This document shows, in pieces, positions 51,615-64,000 of a stretch of 64,000 bases of DNA. Source of the stretch: Octopus vulgaris (Eukaryota). A program made the translations under genes and the position numbers. The notes beneath the pieces were generated by a model. That model did no database searches. It saw only the letters and a program-made list of their open reading frames with translations, and was not told the origin of the DNA. The first letter of the stretch is position 1. The number at the start of each line of letters is the position of its first letter. Location of the stretch: NCBI GenBank assembly GCA_951406725.2, contig OX597820.1:21948001-22012000 (forward strand), in the 5' to 3' direction.

Positions 51615-52101
51615 AAGGCGGCGAGCTGGTAGAATCGTTAGCATGCCGGGCGAAATGCTTAGCGGTATTTCGTCTGCCGTTACGTTCTGAGTTCAAATTC
51701 CGCTGAGGTCAACTTTGCCTTTCATCCTTTCGGGGTCGACAAATTAAATACCAGTTACGCACTGGGGTCGATGTAATCGACTTAATACCTATGTCTGTCC
51801 TTGTTTGTCCCCTCTATGTTTAGCCCCTTGTGGGTAATAAAGAAATAGGTATATCATTTCCCCCCCTAAAGGCGGCGAGCTGGCAGAACCATTAGCACGC
51901 CGGCCGAAATGCTTCGAGGTATTTCGGCTGTGTCTACGTTCTGAGTTCAAATTCCGCCGAGGTCGATTTTGCCTTTCATCCTTTTGGGGTCTATTAAATA
52001 AGTACCAGTTACGCATTGGGGTCGATATAATCGACTCAATCCGTGTGTCTGTCCTTGTTTGTCCCCTCTGTGTTTAGCCCCTTGTGAGTAATAAAGAAAT
52101 A
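51615..52101 (+). mobile_element. Two full SINE B copies separated and flanked by the same ~20-bp sequence
   Basis: GGTATATCA(T/G)TTTCCCCC at ~51594, ~51848 and ~52102. Confidence 0.85.
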
Positions 52102-53188
52102 GGTATATCAGTTTCCCCTATCCCTAACCTTAACCGTAATCTTTATGCTAGTTCTGGTTCTAAGACGAAATACATTCTTTTCATTCAACTTGGAGGCCGG
52201 GAAACTCTTTTGATAGTTTCAAATTCTTGATTTGGTTATTCAGTGCCATTTAAAATATATTATTTAAATTTACAAATACCAACCTGTAGATATTAGACTT
52301 GCAAATATATCGTGCTAAGATGTATTTTGCCATTGGCGATTGTAAATAACGGATGAGATATCAACATATTTAAAGTGTGGTGGAACGGGGTCTCCAATTT
52401 CATCGCACGGCGTATGTTATATTTCATAACTAGAGCTGACAGGGCACGACAAATGGTATACTTGGAACCAGTACGTCAAAGCAAATTTTACCCAAAGACT
52501 TCAAACGCGCCTAAATGGTTTTTGCTGCTTATTTATTTGTTTGTTTGTTTGTTTGTTCTTTTATCTGTTAAGGAAGTTGGGACGCTTGTGTAATATATTT
52601 TCGAGGCATCTTAAGAACAACGTCATCAGTGAATGAGACGCTCGATAGAAATATTTTTCGGGAGCTTAGCAACAGTATAAACAAATAACGTATTCATAAC
52701 GATTATAACTGGATGAGACACAGCGCTGGATGGTTGACTTTAAATCCGAGAAATACGTTTTTCAAAATCCACCGAGCGAAATGAATGTATTTTATGAATC
52801 ACTGGAGGTTTGGTCTTATATATTTATATATTTATATTGTTATATTTCTGTCGTACAATTATTGTATGCTGGTAGTTTATGGCACACGGTATATGTTGGA
52901 AGTTCTGTTTTATATAAATTGTACCCTACTGAACAGAGGAAACCGGGAGGGGGCTCGATGGAAAGAATCCAGCACATAGCTAACTCCATCCACCAAAATA
53001 TCAAGGTAACAACAGATTACCCTACTGAACAATAGACTCCCAGGCCTTAATACTGAACTTTGATTTGAGATTGTATGCTATTAGTGATTCCTATGGTCAT
53101 GTTTTAATAGCTTTGAGATGTTTGGATGTTAGTAGTTTTGTATAATATTGGATGTTACTACCGCTATGTTTCTCTGTGATATTCGTTA

Positions 53189-53394
53189 CCGTATTTTAAC
53201 GTGTATAAGGAAGACTGTTTTCGTAAAAATTAGGTTTAAAAAATACGGGAGTTTCTTATACTTGGATAGTATTATAATCCCTTACAAAAAACCTTTTTTC
53301 CAAATTTTAAGCCCCTCCCAAAATTAAGAGGTTCCTTATACACGTTGAAGTACGGTATTTGGTATGTTCCTAGATATTGGTGTGTGTGACTCTC

Positions 53395-53440
<46 letters not shown>

Positions 53441-53584
53441 TTTCTTATACTTGGATAGCATTATAATCCCTTACAAAACCTTTTTTCCAAATTTTAAGTC
53501 CCCAAAAATTAAGAGGTTCCTTATACACGTTAAAATACGGTATTTGGTATGTTCCTAGATATTTGTGTGCGTGACTCTCTTTTT

Positions 53585-53620
<36 letters not shown>
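53189..53620. mobile_element. CCGTA-TIR Tc1/pogo MITE (53189-53355) with tandem duplication of its right half plus flank
   Basis: TA|CCGTATTTTAACGTGTATAAGG ... CCTTATACACGTTGAAGTACGG|TA; 53250-53437 repeated at 53438-53620. Confidence 0.75.
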
Positions 53621-53621
<1 letters not shown>

Positions 53622-53925
53622 CGTGTGTGGTGTGCGTATGTATGATAGAGAGAGAGTGTGCGTGTTATCTTCAGCTAAGTTAGTAATTGCCAATGTATAT
53701 TCATGTGCAAATATTAATGTGTCACATTCGTACATCCATAACACTGCGTTTCAGGAATATACGCTTATAGCATCGCAGTACATGAATATTTACTAGAAAT
53801 TCCACAGTTATTTTGAAGATTGTACGACGAATTTGTATATTTTTCTGAAACATTTGGTTCTTGAGAAGATGTGAAAATCCACATACACAATATTAAAGGG
53901 GCAATGAATCAATCTATCTATTTAT

Positions 53926-53986
<61 letters not shown>

Positions 53987-54091
53987 CAGGAATAGGTGGC
54001 CGCATCGCGAACAAGTAAGCTGCCTTCTAGCGTTCATGAGAAGAAAAAATTAAATCTATCTATCTATCTATCTATCTACCTACCTACCTAC

Positions 54092-54191
<100 letters not shown>

Positions 54192-54362
54192 TACTCTCTC
54201 TAATAATAATATAGACTTCTTTCCCTTACGTCAGCAGGACTTGCGTCCTATATGTACCGCTGGCTATGGCAAAGAAGACCAACTACAAACCGTTGCTATT
54301 ATGTTAAACTGTTGTATGCCCAAATTTGGTCGAATGCGTTTTTGTTTTCAATATTTATATAT

Positions 54363-54761
54363 ATACTAGCAGTATCGCCCGGCGTTGCTCGGGTTTGTAA
54401 AGGAAATAACTATATAAGCATTTTTAGAGAGTTATAGCCAAAAAATAGCCAAAAAATGCATTAAAAATGGAAAAAAAATTATGGAAAATTTTATTAAAAT
54501 CGTTGACTCATCGTAGACATTTTTAGAGAGTTACTTCCCTTATATAATAGCGAAAAATGCATTAAAATGGAAAAAAATGATGGTAATTTTTTTTTAAACC
54601 GTAGACTCATCGTAGACGCGCGCTAATACCCAGAAGGGCTCGATATGAATCACGATTATAAGATACCCGGTTTTGGTTAAACTGCACCGCAAAATGTGGG
54701 AGTAGTTAGGAATCTAAATCGTAGGAGACAGCCACACAACTTCACTTTTATATATAAAGAT
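54363..54761 (+). mobile_element. Helentron/DINE-1-like non-autonomous rolling-circle element
   Basis: Starts ATACTAGCAGTATCGCCCGGCGTTGCTCGGG (short hairpin), internal short duplications, ends CTTTTATATATAAAGAT. Confidence 0.6.
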
Positions 54762-55010
54762 ATTTGCTTGCAAGAGCCGGTTCTTTTGGTCAAACTCTCG
54801 TCTCTCCAGCGGCTTCAGATACCAAGATATCAAAAATATTCAAAGTGTAGTACCAATGGTTTTGCTATGGAATGGTGAAACTATTTTTTCGTTTTCTGAA
54901 AAAGCAACTTTTTGGACTTACGACACTTTTGCATAATAGCAATGAAACTATGTGATTAGATAGGGTAGACAGAAAATGAGAGAGAGGGGGAAGGAAATAG
55001 AGAGAGAGAG

Positions 55011-55051
<41 letters not shown>

Positions 55052-55134
55052 GGTAGGTAGGTAGGTATGGAGGGAGGGAGGTAGAAGAGAATATAGAGAG
55101 GGGGAGAAAAGGAGATAGAGTCAGCAATAGATAG

Positions 55135-56414
55135 ATATGTTTCTTTATTAGCCACACAGGGCTGCACACAGACGACAAATTACAAGGTAGAGCTTTTCTT
55201 TTGGGGATAAAAAAAGGGGGTTTGGCTTTCGATCAAAAGGGATCGTAAAAGGAAAGAAAGAGGACAAAAAAGGGGGGATAAAAAAAGGAAAAGGAATAGA
55301 TAGATAGATAGATAGATAACTTTCTTTATTGGCCTCACAGGGCTGGACACAGAGGGGACAATTACAAATGTAGAGCTTTTCTTTTCGGAGATGGAAAAAG
55401 AAAAAGAAGAAAAAAAAGAAACAAATGTAAAATTTCGATCAAAAGGGGAGGGGCAGTGCAATTTTCACGGTAGACTCGGCCGACAGGTGGACTCGTCCCA
55501 CACGTGACAGCAGCCGTTCGGCATAAGCCCACAGGTCCGAAATGGATGGACACTGACGAATGCGTGCAGAACGGTTTCGTCGCTCTGCCCGCATCTCGGG
55601 CAAGTCGGTCCAGTGTGTCTCGAACCGTGCGTGTAGAGCTTATCCCGAACAGGTAATGTTTCTCGATAGCACTGCCAGGCCAGAGATCTTTGGTGATTGT
55701 CCATAGGTCCCGGCCCAAAAGTTGTCCTGAACAGGCGGGTCAGGTGTCTCTCGTCGATGCCCAGATTGTGCCCGAGAACGTCGTCGCACCTCCTCTCCAC
55801 TAATCCTCTATAGAACGCCTTTGTTGTAATGAAGTCGCACAAATTTGGTCCCGGACGGTAGAGTTACTTGAGAGCAACGCGGCACTCGCGGTGCCATTCG
55901 CCTAGCCTCGGTCTCTGTTTAATCCACGATTGTAGTTCGGCCAAGGAGACGAGCTGCGGGAAAGCGCATCGCACAAAAGGCGACCACACCTGTTCACCGT
56001 CGTCTATGAAGCGCCGGAGATGTCGCAGTCTCAGCGCATGCCTGCGCATCATCAACCACGGCATGCCTAGCCCTCCATTTAGCGGGTGTTGACAGCAAAT
56101 GGATCGCCTAACCATCGGAACGCTTCCCTTCCACAGGAATCTGAAGAGTATGCATTCCAGTTTGGTGATGATAGGGTCGGGACAAGGCACGACGGTCAGG
56201 CGGTACTCGATGACGGATGCGATGTACGCGTTCGCAACCTCCGCCCGACCTTTTAGGGATAGCTTCCTCTCAGCCCATTGCTGGGTGAGAGTAGCCACCC
56301 TAGTCGTTATTTCGCCCCAGTTCTTCTCCATTTGGAGGTCTGGACCGAACCAGACTCCGAGCAATTTAACCGGTCCGTCGGTCCAGTGTCCCACGATGGA
56401 GACGCTGTTGGACG
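55135..56414 (-). mobile_element. Tx1-like LINE 3' part (two stacked 3' UTRs)
   Basis: VKLLGVWFG, WAERKLSLKGR, CPRCGQSDETVLH; highly similar to 42165-43566; 3' ends at ~55320 and ~55135. Confidence 0.85.
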
Positions 56415-56912
56415 TGTAATGGAACTGGTTAATTCTTTACACTGCAACCAATTTCGTTTCTTTAGTTTCCAGAAACTACCAGTCAGGAACAAGAACGCAA
56501 CCTTAAAAATATATATAACTCTTTATTTCTTATTTACAAAAGAAGTACGTTGGTATATTGGTATCCACTTGGTTCGATATAGCAAGGCTGAATTTTAACA
56601 TTTGTAAGATTCTTACAACAAATTCAGCAGCAACAGAGCAGGTCAAATCCTAAGCGTCTGGGACAGGAGAATGGCTGATCACACATTTAACACGTCCTTT
56701 CTCTTCAATAGCCGTGTCTCAAGTCAACGACGTTAACAACGAACGCGATAGAATTTTCTTCCCCAGTCTCTTGCGCATGTGCATGAGGGAACTTCCTTAG
56801 GCCTTTCCAGAATGTTCCAGCCCCGCACACGCACACTGAAGAATGACGTTCCGCACACGCGCACTGAAGAATGACGTTGCGTGTGCGCACACTGGAAAAT
56901 GACGTCACTACA
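56415..56912 (-). mobile_element. Gypsy 3' LTR
   Basis: TGTAATG...CACTACA termini; polypurine tract AGGGGGAGCC immediately upstream on the minus strand; three short internal repeats CACTGAAGAATGACGT. Confidence 0.75.
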
Positions 56913-57098
56913 AAGGCTCCCCCTTGTAGTGGCTTCAGAAAATAAGGTGGTTACCAAATCGCCAAAAATGGCACACAATATGACAAATCAAAACAAAATT
57001 TACAATATAAATAAGAATGCACCAAAAGAAAAAAAGATACTCAAATGAACAAAGTTCAATCAGTATCGTAACTGTCACTGGGAACACAATTGAGAATG

Positions 57099-57410
57099 TC
57101 AAATATAAATAGTCTTTGAAAGTTTCCTTGGCCAGTGAACAGTTCTGCCTGACCTCGTAACATAAGGTTTGTTCGAGGCGGGCTGCGACGACGAAGGTGA
57201 TGTTGCCGATATTGGTGTTGATAAAGGTGCATGTGTAAATGGTGGTGTTGTCAAAGGTGCATGTGAAGGTTCAACGATGGTTGTAGCAGCGGTGTCATCA
57301 AAAGATGTTGACACCTCAAACTATGCCCTTTTAAGACGATCTACGGAGACGGTCTCCGAACGACCATTAATGTCAAGTTTGAATACTTTCGGCGTGCGGG
57401 AAATCATCTC
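57099..57410 (-). pseudogene. Gypsy integrase C-terminus
   Basis: KVFKLDINGRSETVSVDRLKRA ... TRSGRTVHWP. Confidence 0.75.
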
Positions 57411-57454
57411 TTGATTTTCTCGGTCATTGTATTGATTCGAGTGGAATCAAACCT

Positions 57455-58462
57455 CTCTCGTCTAAAGTCGATGCAATTCAGCGCATCGCATCACCTTCTT
57501 CTTTACGTCAACTTCGCCATTTTTTAGGTATAGTTAATTTCTATCGACGCTTCATAAACCGATGTGCGGACAAGTTATTTCCTTTAACGCAGACGCTAAA
57601 GGGCAATTCTGAAAAGGACTCCCGTCTTACTCTTTCAGCTGAAGCACTGTCTGCCTTTGAGTTAGTTAAAAAGGAACTAGCTTCAGTTCCTGTTCTAGCA
57701 CATCCGGCTCCTGATGCTCCACTTACTTTACCTGTGAACGCATCAGATTCTGCAATTGGCGCTGTCTTGCAGCACACCGTAGATGGTGAAACTAAACCTT
57801 TGGCTTTCTTTTCTTGCCAGCTGCAGCCTGCTGAACGCAAATATAGTACTTTTCGATCGAGAGTTACTAGCGATCTATCTGTCAGTTCGGCATTTTCCGC
57901 ACCAGCTCGAGGAACGAGAATTTGTGATTTATACTGATCACAAGCCCCTTACGTTTGCACTAGCTTCTAAAACGGACAAACTCTCCCCTCGTGCTTTCCG
58001 CCACCTGGACTATATTTCTCAGTTTACAAGTGACATTCGACATGTGCCAGGGAAGGAGAACGTCCCAGCTGATGCTCTCTCTAGGCTCCCAGTCAATTCC
58101 ATTTCCTCTCCTGCAGCAATTGACTTAACTGCTATTTCGCAGGATCAACCACCTTTAGCGGAGTTGAATTTAACTTCGCCCAAGTTTATCAATTGTAAGT
58201 TTGCCTACCGTCCGCTCCCTTCAGCAGAAGGCTCTATTCTTTGTGACGTCTCCAACGGTTCTCCTAGGCCGTTAGTACCTGAGAAACATCAACGTTCTGT
58301 TTTTGATGCTCTTCATTCATTATCACATCCGGGTATCTCTGCCACAGTAAAGCTTGTTACTGCTCGGTTCTTCTGGCCCAATATGCGACGATCGATTACC
58401 TCTTGGGCACGCTCTTGTTTGAGGTGCTAGAGTGCTAAGGTCCATAGACACGTTCGTGCTCC
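57455..58462 (+). pseudogene. Gypsy pol fragment: RT end, RNase H, integrase zinc finger
   Basis: LRHFLGIVNFYRRF, ASDSAIGAVL, FDRELLAIY, YTDHKPL, GKENVPADALSR, HSLSHPG...RFFWP...CLRC. Confidence 0.9.
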
Positions 58463-61030
58463 ACGTTGGGTTTCCACCACCCGAACCCATCCAGCGGCAT
58501 TGCTCCCCTCACTCCCCATTGCACGAAGTCTAGCCCTGATAATGCATCCCATGTGTTTGGCCTCGAGGTGCTGATTTAATTCCAGTCTCTTAGCCTTCGC
58601 ATGAGCAGCACTACCAGTCAACACGGCTTCATCTAATTCCTTAACTAGTTCTAGTTCCCTCTTACGCTCTCTAGTCACTAAACCTATGCTATATCTAACA
58701 GACTCAAATTTAATGGCTCTTTTGAGGGCGTATCACCATTTATTATTAATGATGGTACCTGTTAAAGCCCTCTGTATCAGTAACTTAATCCGGCTTCTGT
58801 ACTCTTCGTTCGCCAAATGGGACTAATTAAGTTTCCAGTAACCGGATCCTCTACTCTGTAACGTATCTAGGTTCAGCTTACAAGTGACCAATTTATGATC
58901 ACTGTAGCTGACCAAGTGGAACTGTGGACACTTAGCTATGGATCTATCTGTTTCTCTAATTAGAATCCTATCTATATAGGACTTAAAAGACCCGTCACCA
59001 CTTAACCATGTCCACATTGGGGTGTTCGGGAATTCAAGTCTGTATGGATCTACTAGCTGAAAGCGACTTAGTAGATCCCGGAAACCGGCATTAGGTATTC
59101 TATTTGGGTTCGAGCCAACATTATCCACGCGCGCATCTTGAATAACATTAAAGTCCCCTAACAAAACTAATGGGTACGCCGTACCAAGAAACTTCTCTAG
59201 GTCTCGGAAATACTCAAACTGACCATTGTGGGGGGCGTAAATTGCCACCAGTCTGATTTTCTTACCGCAACTGAAAGTCAGGTCCAAGACGACCAGCCTA
59301 CCCAGTTTCTTTTTAGTAGGACCAACACCCCACCCCCACCCCCACCCGCCGGTGACCTGGAGAAACAAATTTCTCGTATCCGTCCAGGAGTGGGAGCAGA
59401 CCTCTTGATCCCTTTAACCGGGTTTCAGTAGCAACAATGACATCCAAATTATGTGACGTGACGTCGTTTAAGAAGCGACCTTGCTTCCATCCCGCCGTCA
59501 GGCCACGCACATTTAAACATCCAACGTGAACTGCCATAAGTCTTACCTCAATTTCCTGTGTCTTCGCTAAAAGGCGGAGGTGGGTCCGCCTCTTTTTCTT
59601 TTTCTCGGGCTCGTGGAGTCGTTTTAATTAAGCCTTCGTACAGATGATCTGAAATATCCCACCTCATCGGGCCAACATCACTCCGATAGTCATTTGCTAG
59701 AACGTTGTAAGACGTTCTGTCTACGTGGTAGACTTCGAAACCGTCTTTAACGTTTTTGCATCCAGTTCTTTTTAGTTTTTTAATTTGTATTTGGCTCATT
59801 AATCTCGAGTTTGAGGTTCGCGCCGCCATATACAGAACTTCTTTTTCTCGTCTTTCTTTTGTTTTTGATTTTTTGGCTTTTTCATGCCTTCTTTGAGTTT
59901 GCATTTTTGCCAATGATTTAACATTTCTCTTTAATTTCCTTTTGCTACCAGCTATCTTCCATTCCGTCTCTTCTTTATTTCCGCTCTCATTTTCTTCTTC
60001 TGTGCTTCCTTCTTCTGTTTTCCCATTCTCTGTAGTTTCATCTTCCGAGTCTTCTTCAATGTTGTTCTCCTCTTTTTCTTTTTCTTCACCACTCTTGCAT
60101 TCGGACCTAACATGGCCCTTCTTTCCACATTTAAAACATCTGGGTTCTCTACCTTCCACCATGACTACTAACTTCGTACCCATTGTATCTATGACCTCTG
60201 GAATTTTTTCTAGGGTCATAGGCTCTGCTTGGATCAGCATTTTTATTGTCTGGCCAAGCCAGACTTTGTCTTCTGTTACTTCCGCAGAAAGCAGTGTGGT
60301 TTCTTCCTCTAGGCCATACAGTACTGCCGCTACTAGCCATTCGGCGTCCGCCTCCGGTGGTACACAGCTTATCTTTATAAAATGGCAACAGTACCACCTC
60401 ATCCGTTCGCAGTGGCTCCACAGAATACTTTTGCGCCTGTTCCACTGTTGACATCCTCACTTCAACAGTTGCATATCTTTTTCCTCTGACCAAATATTTG
60501 ATGTTATTCCAAATTGGCCTTAAACATTTTTCTACACTTTTGTCATTGACATAGTTAATTTTTTTCTTTTCAACATTATATGTTTTGAAAATTACAGTCT
60601 TTTCGAGGGCATCTTTAATGATGCTATATGGAGGGACCACCTTTATTTCGGTCCCTCCTTTTGTTAACAGCTCTCGGTGTGCCTTCAAATTGGTTGTATC
60701 AATTTTCCTTGAGTTTCCTCCGGCGGCAGCCGCAAAGCTCCTTATTGGTTCTTCTAATATCCTTCTGCACACTACAGAATCCTTACTGGTACTTGGCACT
60801 GGAGATACACTCTCCCTACGCGCGAGAATACCTTCCATTGTGTAAAAACACTGATAAATAAAGTAAAACGTTTCCCCGCACGGGGGAATTAAAACAAATT
60901 TTGCTTCAAAACAAGCAATAAATAGTTCCTTTTTTCAAATTATAATAGTCGAATGTAACAGACACAAAATTTTAACTTTGTACGACCAAAAAACACTTTT
61001 AACTTACTGCATAGTAAGCGACATTATTAA
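58463..61030 (-). mobile_element. Tx1-like LINE 5' part: ORF1 (60838-59548, one frameshift) and ORF2 APE endonuclease (from 59537)
   Basis: CFKCGKKGHVRSEC CCHC knuckle; CLNVRGL, ATET, AIYAP, LLGDFN, SYIDRIL, SDHKLV, GYWKLN. Confidence 0.85.
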
Positions 61031-61044
61031 GAAACACGCGTCTA

Positions 61045-61265
61045 CATCCGACTTCAATAGTTACCATCCCGCTTCTAATGGGATGGTGGAGCGTTTCCAC
61101 AGGCAACTTAAGGCCGCGTTGCGCGCCTCGCCGAATCCACAGTCGTGGACTGAATTTCTTCCTATCATCCTGCTTGGATGTCGGACTGCGATTAAAGCAG
61201 ACCTTGGTTTTTCTTCTGCCGAGCTCTTGTATGGTACCACACTGGCATTGTCTGGTACGATGTTG
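61045..61265 (+). pseudogene. Gypsy integrase core, distal part
   Basis: SYHPASNGMVERFHRQLKAAL...LLGCRTAIKADLGFSSAELLYG. Confidence 0.9.
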
Positions 61266-61282
61266 CCTGGTACGATGTTGGA

Positions 61283-61810
61283 GTGATACCAACACAGTCC
61301 GGACTTTGACTGTGTGGAACGAGATGAAGAACGGCTACGACTACGCGATCTTGAAAATCGCTTGCCATCGCGACACATCGCGTTCATCCTTTTGGTGAGA
61401 CTTTCTATTTGTTTATAAAGTCCATCAATTGAGGCTGCAGAAGTTTCCGAGCAGACACAAGCAGCACGTGAAGATGGTCGCACGGCAAATTCAACCATTT
61501 TGTCTGCCATGGTTGCTATTTGGTCCACAGTATTGGACTCAAGAGCAGTTGCCAAAACAGTTTGTATGTAGGTAGGCAACTTTGAAAAAAAATTTTTCCG
61601 AAGCAGAGGAGCGTCAGCAGCTTTACCGCTCAACTCTCTTAAACGTCGCAAAAATTCAGGAGTCCTATCTCCCAACTCTTCATCCGCCATCAATTTATTG
61701 AAGCGACTTTCCTCGCTTCTAGTGTTTGTTTTTTCTACTTCTAATTTAACAGACGCATAAGTGGCGTCTGGGCAAGGATCTGTAATAAGATCTCTGGTAG
61801 TTTTTTGAAC
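61283..61810 (-). pseudogene. Gypsy gag fragment
   Basis: EELGDRTPEFLRRLREL...FFSKLP...IATMADKM...RSRSRS...LCWYH. Confidence 0.8.
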
Positions 61811-62689
61811 TATCATAATAGAAAGCAGCACGGGGCTCCTCAGAAAAACAGGAAGATGGTGGTGGTGGTGGTGGTGGTGGTGGTGGTCTATGGCTAACTG
61901 CATGTATGGCCCTGTCTTTGGCAAACCTCTCAGCACGATGCTCTGAGGATTCCATTTGCAGCAGAGGTCTTCCATGACACCCCAATACTTTTCTTGGATG
62001 GCATTCTGTAAAGAAATGAAAAAAATTACGTCACAACTACACACATTGGATTTAGAATAGAAATATCCAGTGTTAATAAGTCGACTTGCGCCAAGAATAA
62101 CCACACACGCACTCACATTGATATATATCTTAATAGACCTGTTGATATATAAAAAGAGGCGTCTATCTCCGTGTAGGATGTACTTACACACACGTAAATA
62201 TATATATATCTTATATATGAAGCAGACCTGTTGGTATTGGAAAATTTTTATAGAAAAGAACCTGTACGTACAGATACACAAATAGAAAGGTAGAGAAGAA
62301 CAAAGAAATGAAAATACCTTTAGAAATTCTTTTTTATCAGAAATCGTCACAACTGTAATGATGTACACATACGTGTGTGTGTAAATCGCTGGTTACTACG
62401 TTAGAATGCCACACTCAGGAGGTTGACATTGAGAAAACGGTTTGAAGAAGTGAATCTTTATTATATATATATATAAAGCAATATTATTTATTTTTAATAA
62501 GTCCGTATTATTTCCCAGGTTAAATTATTTATGTACCCCGAGTATGAAACAGATTGATCCAGAGGTTTGGCCGTGCATAGAGGACACACACACAGACAAC
62601 GTATTTTATATAGTAAGATGTACAGACGATAGGCTAGTCCATCACATTAAGTGGACCTGACTGTGCAGCTAAAGTTCAAGAGTGATCAT

Positions 62690-63320
62690 ATTTTCCTTAC
62701 ACGTTTATCACCTCCGACTTAGACCGATTGATCTGAAGCTCAAGAAGCTTCAGGGCTAGGATAACTTGTTGAACAGATTCAGACGGGCTACCCAGGTTCG
62801 CGTCACCTAGGTATACTAGACACAGAAGGGTGAGCGAACCGACCGGGCATCGTCGTCGACAGCCAACGCAAAAAGGAGCGAGCCAAGCGGGTCACCCTAT
62901 GGGACATCCGCGAAAGAAGCGATCCTGTTGTCAGGAAGCATGAGTGAGTTTGGTGTACCATAGGAGAGAGGTATGTGAGTGGGTGTAATGAGGAAGCACG
63001 TCTCTAAGATGTTGTCGTGTCTGAGGTTGAAGGCGTTCATTTTTAAATTCAGTTTCAGTAAGGTGACGAGGAAGGTGTGTGTGCTGAATGAAGTGTCCGA
63101 CTGCAGGGTCGGCAGCCTCACATCTGCACTTGACTCCCACCTCCAGCTGGACGGATCTCAGTGCCTCGCTCAAGTCATTGCTGACTGATCTGCAAGTTAG
63201 CTTAGCTGCAGGACGACGAAAGACGTTTCCTGTCGCTATATGACGGATGTCTCCGTTCTTCTTCTTCAGTGCAAAAAGGTTGGCTGAGAAGAGATCTTGG
63301 GCATGGCAGGTGTGGACCAC
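62690..63320 (-). pseudogene. CRE-clade non-LTR reverse transcriptase fragment
   Basis: ANLFALKKKNGDIRHIATGNVFRR, QLEVGVKCRCEAA, NAFN, GDPLGSLLFALAV, YLGD. Confidence 0.7.
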
Positions 63321-63569
63321 GGGAAGAAGTCTAAATTACGCAACAGTGCTTCTACCCTCTTGCTGTAACAGTGTCTCTATTTAATTGTTCTGTTTGACTT
63401 TTGTATTTTCAAGTTCATTCTAAACGCTTAGCTAATCTCATTTTACGACTTGAGTCACCAAACTGATGAAATAGTTTTATAAATTGAATGAAGGGCCATA
63501 CCTAAATCACATCTTTCTTCTTCCTCACTGCGAAGAAATGTCTAGATAAGCTTATAAGTCAGCCTCGTG

Positions 63570-63960
63570 GTCACAGCGGACAGAATGGAAAAGACGTTAC
63601 TCCTGGGTATGGTAAAGGAGATGCACTGGAACAGCCACTCTGATCACGGGGCTCGTACTTATGGTAACCATCTCTGCCCCGATAGCGGTGAACAGGGATG
63701 TGGTACAGGGGTCGGAAATGCCGGAGGTCTCCGCTGCCACAGGCACGACCACAAACCTGTCAGAGAGCGGTCGATACTTTTGACAGTTTGTCTTTCTCAG
63801 CTTGAAGAGCAGCGGAACCGGGGCTGGTAGCTGAACGCACCAGGTTGTGGAATCCTAGATGAGGGGCCTGCCACCGCGGAACGGGAGAATTGTCATACTG
63901 TCAAGCATTTTACTGAGCCCTCGGTCTATCCTGGCAGTCTCAAGCTGGAATCGGGAAGCC
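63570..63960 (-). pseudogene. Restriction-like endonuclease domain of a CRE-like element
   Basis: KMLDSMTILPFRGGRPLI*DST...GSAALQAE...KYRPLSDRFVVVPVAAETSG resembles the KRPDG..WD..AE..K..KY..P..ETxG pattern. Confidence 0.65.
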
Positions 63961-64000
63961 TGCGGCATCTGACCATGGCTAGTACTATAATAGCACGACG

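Noticed and set aside
52585-52640. CTGATGA...GAAAATATATTA on the minus strand (similar weak case at 5668-5710)
   Set aside because: Stems I and II pair poorly, too weak to call a hammerhead
52730-52808. Possible plus-strand first exon MVDFKSEK...ESLE followed by GTTTGG
   Set aside because: Short, weak donor and no supporting downstream exon

Overview
AT-rich, repeat-saturated animal genomic DNA. The SINE families and microsatellite load look like an octopus/coleoid cephalopod genome; this is inference from recalled repeat families, not a database match. No complete host gene is visible, only a plausible minus-strand exon at ~3467-3861 and a few isolated splice-site pairs. The window is a mosaic of four tRNA-derived SINE families, LINE fragments (a long-ORF CR1, L1/Tx1-like, RTE, CRE), a decayed full-length mariner, a Tc1 fragment, MITEs with readable TSDs (Merlin-like, hAT, CCGTA-TIR Tc1/pogo), Helentron-like elements, an internally inverted Gypsy element nested with a Tx1 LINE, and a 5S rRNA-derived copy. 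The most notable signal is an apparently intact type I hammerhead ribozyme (48794-48900) inside a non-coding 493-bp unit with 96-bp direct repeats, an inverted terminal copy and a ~140-bp flank duplication, i.e. a retrozyme/Penelope-type self-cleaving RNA element. About ten more degenerate hammerhead motifs are scattered through the window, and two SINE families share 3' tails with LINEs present here. Coordinates were read by eye and may be off by a few bases.
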